DNA of 64,000 bases from a bacterium. GTDB lineage: Bacteria > Actinomycetota > Acidimicrobiia > Spongiisociales > Spongiisociaceae. Position 1 is the first letter of the stretch. The number at the start of each line of letters is the position of its first letter. The notes beneath the pieces were generated by a model, which was not told the DNA's origin, made no database searches, and saw nothing but the letters and a program-made list of their open reading frames with translations. Made by a program: the position numbers and the translations under genes. Of this stretch, positions 58,968 through 64,000 are shown in pieces. Location of the stretch: positions 36,446 to 100,445 of the forward strand of contig JAPPGU010000008.1 in the NCBI GenBank assembly GCA_028821265.1. The letters run 5' to 3'.

Positions 58968-59051
58968 CGCATGATGATACCAGATTGATACCACATTGGC
59001 CTCCTCGCTCTGCCGACGGGCCAGGCCGCCATCGGTACACTCCATCGGCTG

Positions 59052-60599
59052 ATGAACTATGACATCGTCTTTCTCGACCGGGTGGAGTTGACACCGGTCT
59101 CGCGCCGGGCGCTGGAGGGAGTCGGGACCGTGAGGACGGTTACGGTGACCGTACAGGAGGACCTCTTGGCGGCGGTGCGAGATGCCGACGCCGTCGTCTA
59201 CCACCTGTTCCCCAACCAGCTCACACGGGACGTTCTGGAACGTTGCAGGCGGCTCAAGGTCATCGGCCGGATCGGCATAGGCATGGACCAGGTGGACTTG
59301 GCGGCGGCCGGAGCCTGCGGTGTCACGGTCGTCAACGCGGCCGGCACGCAGGCCGCGGCAGTGGCCGACCATGCCATGGCCCTCATGCTCTGCCTGGCCC
59401 GCAACGTGGTGGCGTCCCACAATTCCCTCCTGGCCGGGGACCGGCGCCCTCCCCGGGACTTCATGGGGTTCGAACTGGAGGGCAAGACTCTGGGAATCAT
59501 CGGCTTCGGCGCCATCGGGCGGCGTCTCGCCCAGCGCGCCTTCGGGTTCGGGATGGCGGTCCAGGCTTACGATCCCTACGTACCGCCTGACGCCATCGAG
59601 GAAGCCGGAGCGACACCCGTGGGTCTGACCGAGTTGCTTGGCGGAAGCGACTTCGTCTCCATCCATGTCCCCCTCACGGATGAGACCTGGCATCTCATCG
59701 GGGCGAACGAACTCGCCATCATGCGGCCCGGCGCCTACCTGGTCAACACCGCGCGCGGTCCCATCATCGACGAGGCGTCCCTGGTAGCCGCCCTGCGCGG
59801 CGGCGTGATCGCCGGCGCCGGACTCGACGTATACGAGGAGGAGCCGCTGGCCCCCGGTAGCCCGCTGCTGGCACTCGGTCAGGTAGTACTCACCCCACAT
59901 ATCGCCGGGTGGGCCATCGAGACGCAGCTCCGCTCCCAGGAGAGCGTCGTGAAGGACGTGGCCCGTGTGCTACGGGGCGAGACCCCGGTCAGCCCCGTCT
60001 CGAGTGGCAGTGGTACGGCAGCACCGTCCCATTCTCCCCTGACCGGCACCTGGCGACGGCCCGGTGGGTCGCGCTCGGCCACGCAGGCCATGCTTCCCTA
60101 CACCGAATGGGAGGAGACCGGGTTACCTCACCCCAGCGCCACCCATCCGTTCGGGGCCGTCCCGGGGCTACGGCGGATCATCGAGACGGAAGGGCCGGTC
60201 ACGACCGACCGGGCCTACAAGGTCTACATACGGGGATCGGGCTCCACCCGGGTCACCAAGCTTGCTCGGTCCAAGCTGGATCAGGCCGTCAACCGTTTGC
60301 TCGCTCAGAAGCAGGCGCAGATCGACGAGCTGGGCAGTCCCGGAGACAGCGAGTACCAACGCGTCCTCCGCGTCCCCGGGAGTGCACCGGTAGTCGTTCG
60401 CGAGATCGGAAGCCGCGATCTCTACGAGGTGCCGATGAACGAGGTGGTTGCCCTGATGCGGCAACGACTCGAAGGGTTTCCGCGTGCGTCACACGAGGAA
60501 CTGATGCGCTTCGTCCTCGATACCTACGGATGGAAACGCCTCACCGACAAGGCCCGTACCTACCTGACCGATGCGATCCGCTTGATGTACGAGGGGTAA
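59052..60599 (+). CDS. D-isomer-specific 2-hydroxyacid dehydrogenase (PGDH-like) fused to a ~200-aa C-terminal domain of unknown function
   Basis: Residues 1-~315 form a complete D-2-HDH (GIIGFGAIGRRLAQRA NAD motif; catalytic R…E…H: NTARG…VLTPHIAG). Residues ~320-515 (…RVLRVPGSAPVVVREIGSRDLYEVPMNEVVALMRQRLEGFPRASHEELMRFVLDTYGWKRLTDKARTYLTDAIRLM) are unrelated to dehydrogenases. Confidence 0.7.
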   Translation: MNYDIVFLDRVELTPVSRRALEGVGTVRTVTVTVQEDLLAAVRDADAVVYHLFPNQLTRDVLERCRRLKVIGRIGIGMDQVDLAAAGACGVTVVNAAGTQAAAVADHAMALMLCLARNVVASHNSLLAGDRRPPRDFMGFELEGKTLGIIGFGAIGRRLAQRAFGFGMAVQAYDPYVPPDAIEEAGATPVGLTELLGGSDFVSIHVPLTDETWHLIGANELAIMRPGAYLVNTARGPIIDEASLVAALRGGVIAGAGLDVYEEEPLAPGSPLLALGQVVLTPHIAGWAIETQLRSQESVVKDVARVLRGETPVSPVSSGSGTAAPSHSPLTGTWRRPGGSRSATQAMLPYTEWEETGLPHPSATHPFGAVPGLRRIIETEGPVTTDRAYKVYIRGSGSTRVTKLARSKLDQAVNRLLAQKQAQIDELGSPGDSEYQRVLRVPGSAPVVVREIGSRDLYEVPMNEVVALMRQRLEGFPRASHEELMRFVLDTYGWKRLTDKARTYLTDAIRLMYEG

Positions 60600-60657
60600 T
60601 CGCTAGCCGGTACCCACCGGCTGCCGGTGACCGGCGGCCAGTGGGCACTGTTTCGAC

Positions 60658-61761
60658 CTACTCGAGGACGAGGGTGTGGGCGAGCTCCCAGGAGGCGGAG
60701 ACCCGGTCGCCGGTCCGGTAGGCGGACTCGTCCTCGTGGGACATGCGCTGGCTGACGAGCTGGCCCAGGCCCGGTATGTCGACGTGGAAGAGGCTCATCG
60801 CCCCGAGGTAGATGACCTCCTCCACCGTTCCTACGACCACGGACCCGTCGGGATGGACAGGAGCGCCGGCCGGACCCAGGGCGATGCGCTCTGGTCGGAC
60901 CGCCGCCCGCAGCGTGGTCCCGACCGCCACATCCGCATCCACACGGGCGATCACCCAGCCTTCACCGACCGTCATACCGCCGGTATCGTCCTGTCGCTGC
61001 TGGATCTTCAAGTCCATGGCGTTGAGGGATCCGATGAACCCGGCCACGAAGGAAGACTCGGGGTGCTCGTAGATCTCCCGTGGAGTACCGACCTGCTCCA
61101 CCCGGCCCAGGTTCATGACCGCGATGCGGTCGGACATGGTGAGGGCTTCCTCCTGGTCGTGGGTGACGTACACGAAGGTGGTCCCCAGATCGTGCTGGAT
61201 GGCCTTCAACTCCAGCTGCATCTCGCGGCGCAGCTTCACGTCGAGGGCGCCGAGCGGCTCGTCGAGCAACAGGGCCGACGGCCGGTTGACCAGAGCCCGG
61301 GCCAGGGCCACCCGCTGCTGCTGTCCCCCGGACAGCTGGAAGGGCTTGCGCTTCTGGAACCCGGGCAGCCGGACGATCTCGAGTATCTCCGCCACCCGCT
61401 GCACCCGCTCCTTCTTCCTCACGCCGGAGACTCGCAGCCCGAACATCACGTTGTCCTCCACGTTCATGTGGGGGAACAGGGCGTAGTGCTGGAAGACCAT
61501 GTTGACGTTGCGCTTGCTGGGCAGGTCCCCGCTCACGTCCTTGTCGCGCAGGAGAATCCGGCCGGTGTCCGGTACCTCGAAGCCGGCGATCATCCGCAGG
61601 CTGGTGGTCTTGCCACACCCGCTCGGCCCCAGCAACGAGTAGAACTCCCCCTCACGGATGACGATGTCGACGTCGTCGACCGCTACCACCTCGCCGAAGG
61701 TCTTGGTTATGCCCTTGAGGTGGATCCCGACCTCGGATGTCACAGAAGAGCTAGCCGTCAT
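60658..61761 (-). CDS. ABC transporter ATP-binding protein (PotA/MalK-like importer ATPase with C-terminal TOBE domain)
   Basis: Walker A GPSGCGKTT, signature LSGGQQQRVALARAL, Walker B LLLDEPL. Start MTASSSV overlaps the upstream stop (ATGA). Confidence 0.85.
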   Translation of the reverse strand: MTASSSVTSEVGIHLKGITKTFGEVVAVDDVDIVIREGEFYSLLGPSGCGKTTSLRMIAGFEVPDTGRILLRDKDVSGDLPSKRNVNMVFQHYALFPHMNVEDNVMFGLRVSGVRKKERVQRVAEILEIVRLPGFQKRKPFQLSGGQQQRVALARALVNRPSALLLDEPLGALDVKLRREMQLELKAIQHDLGTTFVYVTHDQEEALTMSDRIAVMNLGRVEQVGTPREIYEHPESSFVAGFIGSLNAMDLKIQQRQDDTGGMTVGEGWVIARVDADVAVGTTLRAAVRPERIALGPAGAPVHPDGSVVVGTVEEVIYLGAMSLFHVDIPGLGQLVSQRMSHEDESAYRTGDRVSASWELAHTLVLE

Positions 61762-63512
61762 GATCCATCTCCTTGGTGCAGGGTGAAGGTTACCGATGAC
61801 TCGCGGCCCGGTTCGTGGCAAATGCCGTGCATGGCCGCTATCCCGTCCCAAGTAGGGGTCGCCGCGGGCAAAGCACCGGTCTGCGGGTTGATGTCGAAGG
61901 CCGGGAAGGCCCCGCTGGTCACGTGGAGGCGCAGCTGATCACCGGGGCGGATCAGGGCGGCGGTGGACTGCATCCGGATCTCGACCTCCGCCACACCGTC
62001 CTCGTCCCGAGCCTCGGCGAGATCCTCGGCCGTCATCCGCCTGATCCCGTCGCTGATGTTGAGCGACGTGCCGTTGTGGACCAGGCACAGCCGGGTGACG
62101 TAGTCGGCGGAGACCGCCTCGGTGGCGGTCCACAGACGGGCGGTGACCGGTCCGGCGAGGGTGACCTCCTCCGTGAAGGGCTCCGTCGAGTAGACGAGGA
62201 TCTCGGGCAACCTCTCCAGGAAGTGCTGGCTGCGCGGTCCGGCGGGCATGGCGTTCTCGTCGCAGCAGGTGTGCCCGCCGGCCGCGGCCACCGGGATGCG
62301 GGGAACGAAGTGGTACAGGTCGGCCGGTTCCGGCTCCCCTGGAGGCGCCTCGTCGAGACGGCCGTCTCCACCCACCGTGTTGGCCGTTCCATCCGAGCGA
62401 AGGTAGAGGGTGGTCTCGGTTCCGGGCGGCGGCCAGGACGGGACATCGTGCCAGCTGTTCTCGTACAGCACGTAGTAGCGGACCCGGTTCTGGCCGGTCT
62501 CCGGGGCCTCCCCGTCGAGATGGCGGTGGAAGAAGTCGACCTGGACCTGGTCGAGATTGACCGTCCCCCTGGCCTGCGGCCCCAGGATCAGGTCTCCGAT
62601 GCACTCCCCGCCTGGGAGGTGTCCCCACGGACCGAGGATCAGCCATTGCTCGGGACCGTCCGGCCGGGCCGCCAGTTCCCGGTAGGCGACCAGGGCGCCT
62701 TCGAGGAACGTGTCGAACCAGGCGCCTATGTGCAGGACGGCGCAGTTCACGGAGTCCATGCGGTGAAGGGCGCTCCGTTCCTTCCAGAAGGAGTCGTTGG
62801 TGGGGTGTTCCAGCCACTCCTTGTAGAACTCGGCGTTCTCCAGCGGCTCGAGGTCGGCCGGCGCCGCCGAGCCCAGCCAGGCGGCGGCCTGCGATGGTAC
62901 GGCCCGGATGGCCCTGCCGCGGGCCGTCAACCCGGGGTCGCCCCGTCTCCTACCGGCTTCCATCATCAGGGCGGCCGTCCAGTGGGGAACGAACAGGCGT
63001 AGGGCTCCCCCCTCGTACGTCCAGTGGCTGTAGAGGTCGGCGGCGGCAACCGTGGGGGAGATCGCGCCCAGGCTGGGGGGAGCCTCGGCGGCCGCAAGGT
63101 ATTGAACCATTCCGGGATAGCTGGCCCCGTACATGCCGACCCGCCCGTTGGAGCCCTCGAGGCCGGCCGCCCACTCCACCGTGTCGTAGCCGTCCTCCAA
63201 CTCGTTCAGGTAGGGCACGAACTCGCCGTCCGACCCGAATCTGCCCCTCACGTCCTGCACCACCACCACGAAGCCATGCCGCACGTACCAACCCGGGTGC
63301 AGGTAGTGGCCGTCGTGCACGAAATCCTTGCCGTAAGGGGTGCGGTGCAACAGGACCGGCGAGGGTCCGTCGCCGAGCGGTCGGTAGATATCGCTCCGCA
63401 GGGTGACCCCGTCCCTGGTCTGCATCTCGACGTTGCGTTCGAGATCCACGCCTGCCCAGGTGTGGGTCCGCCGCGAGTAGGGCTGCCGCAACGACGCCTG
63501 GTCCGGCATCAC
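61758..63512 (-). CDS. CocE/NonD family hydrolase (S15 X-Pro dipeptidyl-peptidase-like alpha/beta hydrolase)
   Basis: …LLHRTPYGKD…GMYGASYPG… (nucleophile elbow GxSYxG); 584 aa with C-terminal beta-sandwich. Confidence 0.8.
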   Translation of the reverse strand: MMPDQASLRQPYSRRTHTWAGVDLERNVEMQTRDGVTLRSDIYRPLGDGPSPVLLHRTPYGKDFVHDGHYLHPGWYVRHGFVVVVQDVRGRFGSDGEFVPYLNELEDGYDTVEWAAGLEGSNGRVGMYGASYPGMVQYLAAAEAPPSLGAISPTVAAADLYSHWTYEGGALRLFVPHWTAALMMEAGRRRGDPGLTARGRAIRAVPSQAAAWLGSAAPADLEPLENAEFYKEWLEHPTNDSFWKERSALHRMDSVNCAVLHIGAWFDTFLEGALVAYRELAARPDGPEQWLILGPWGHLPGGECIGDLILGPQARGTVNLDQVQVDFFHRHLDGEAPETGQNRVRYYVLYENSWHDVPSWPPPGTETTLYLRSDGTANTVGGDGRLDEAPPGEPEPADLYHFVPRIPVAAAGGHTCCDENAMPAGPRSQHFLERLPEILVYSTEPFTEEVTLAGPVTARLWTATEAVSADYVTRLCLVHNGTSLNISDGIRRMTAEDLAEARDEDGVAEVEIRMQSTAALIRPGDQLRLHVTSGAFPAFDINPQTGALPAATPTWDGIAAMHGICHEPGRESSVTFTLHQGDGS

Positions 63513-63539
63513 ACCTCCGGTCCTCTCCTGCCTCTCATA

Positions 63540-64000
63540 TCACTCCGTATCGGCGTCGGCCACGCCGAGCAGGCCGGCGGTCTGGCTGAGCACCTGGTAG
63601 CGCCGCTCGAAGACCCGGCGCATGATTTCGGCGCCCACCACCACCAGCAGCGAGAGCGTCACGACGACCACCGAGATGGCGATGATCTGCGGTACTCGCA
63701 CGGGGACCTGCAGCTCGGCCAGGACGAAGATCGGGAACGTGGTGACCGGACCGCTCACGAACACCGCCACCGCGTACTCGTTGAAGGAAATGATGAAAGA
63801 GATCACGTAGGCAGCCGCCAGGGCCGGCGCTATGAGGGGCAGGATGATGGTCCGGAAGGTCCGCCACCCGCTGGCGCCCAGGTCCTGGGCGGCCTCCTCG
63901 AGATGGGCGTCGATACGCTGCAGTCGGGGTATCAGGATCAGGACGATCAGCGGCATCAGGACGACAACGTGGCCGATAGCCACTGCCGGCAACGACAGGG
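63540..64000 (-). CDS. ABC transporter permease (PotC/PotB-like), C-terminal part; N-terminus beyond window end
   Basis: …EEAAQDLGASGWRTFRTIILPLIAPAL… EAA-loop-like motif of ABC importer permeases. Confidence 0.7.
   Translation of the reverse strand, partial: LSLPAVAIGHVVVLMPLIVLILIPRLQRIDAHLEEAAQDLGASGWRTFRTIILPLIAPALAAAYVISFIISFNEYAVAVFVSGPVTTFPIFVLAELQVPVRVPQIIAISVVVVTLSLLVVVGAEIMRRVFERRYQVLSQTAGLLGVADADTE

Noticed and set aside
58968-59900. Upstream two-thirds of the 378-aa minus ORF 58764-59900
   Set aside because: Only the last 67 codons form an RHH antitoxin with its own ATG. The remainder is antisense to the 2-hydroxyacid dehydrogenase gene.

Overview
High-GC (~70%) actinobacterial-type chromosomal segment, mostly housekeeping and catabolic genes with tight operon packing and many ATGA/TGATG start-stop overlaps. 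The long antisense ORFs in the six-frame track are treated as GC-skew artefacts.

Protein-coding content I can support: MacB-like ABC ATPase tail plus FtsX permease; Thr/Pro-rich lipoprotein; YbaN; NhaA; phytoene-desaturase-like oxidoreductase; rhodanese; two alpha/beta hydrolases; YqgE; SAM-dependent methyltransferase; HisC-like aminotransferase; fused 2-oxoacid dehydrogenase E1 alpha/beta; DM13 protein; LOG; Nudix-histidine phosphatase (MutT1-like); DUF3179 lipoprotein; principal-type sigma factor; DUF255 thioredoxin protein; cysteine synthase; HflX; ROK/polyphosphate glucokinase; Gnd; ManA; PepN; LLM F420-type oxidoreductase; thiolase; a catabolic block (phosphotriesterase-like, two amidohydrolases, MR/MLE enolase-superfamily enzyme, dimethylglycine-dehydrogenase-like flavoprotein, DUF1028, aldo/keto reductase); CaCA exchanger; TRAP DctQM; Doc/RHH toxin-antitoxin pair; D-2-hydroxyacid dehydrogenase with an odd C-terminal fusion; PotA-CocE/NonD-permease ABC operon.

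Most notable:
- Selenium utilisation. A selC tRNA-Sec (anticodon UCA, 95 nt, 8/5 acceptor/T architecture) lies at 33788-33882. Eight kb away is a DsbA/FrnE-like thioredoxin-fold gene whose CPWC redox motif reads U-P-W-C through an in-frame TGA, with a SECIS-like hairpin 14 nt downstream. It sits immediately upstream of an F420-type LLM oxidoreductase.
- A complete five-gene corrinoid-dependent methyl-transfer (O-demethylase-like) operon at 7392-12449: UroD-family MT-I, B12-binding corrinoid protein, small Cys-rich ORF, [2Fe-2S]-RACE reductive activase, pterin-binding MT-II.
- Two non-coding repeat families. One is ~230 bp in four copies, bounded by a GAACGCGAAAAT motif. The other is an IS5-like MITE (~205 bp, 12-bp terminal inverted repeats (11/12), CTAG target duplication) in two copies, each beside a phosphotriesterase-family gene or gene fragment.
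- Smaller oddities: an exact 16-nt copy of the 16S rRNA 3' terminus in an 835-bp intergenic region; an AT-rich heptad tandem repeat; a perfect 28-bp palindrome upstream of the sigma gene; IclR and phosphotriesterase gene fragments.
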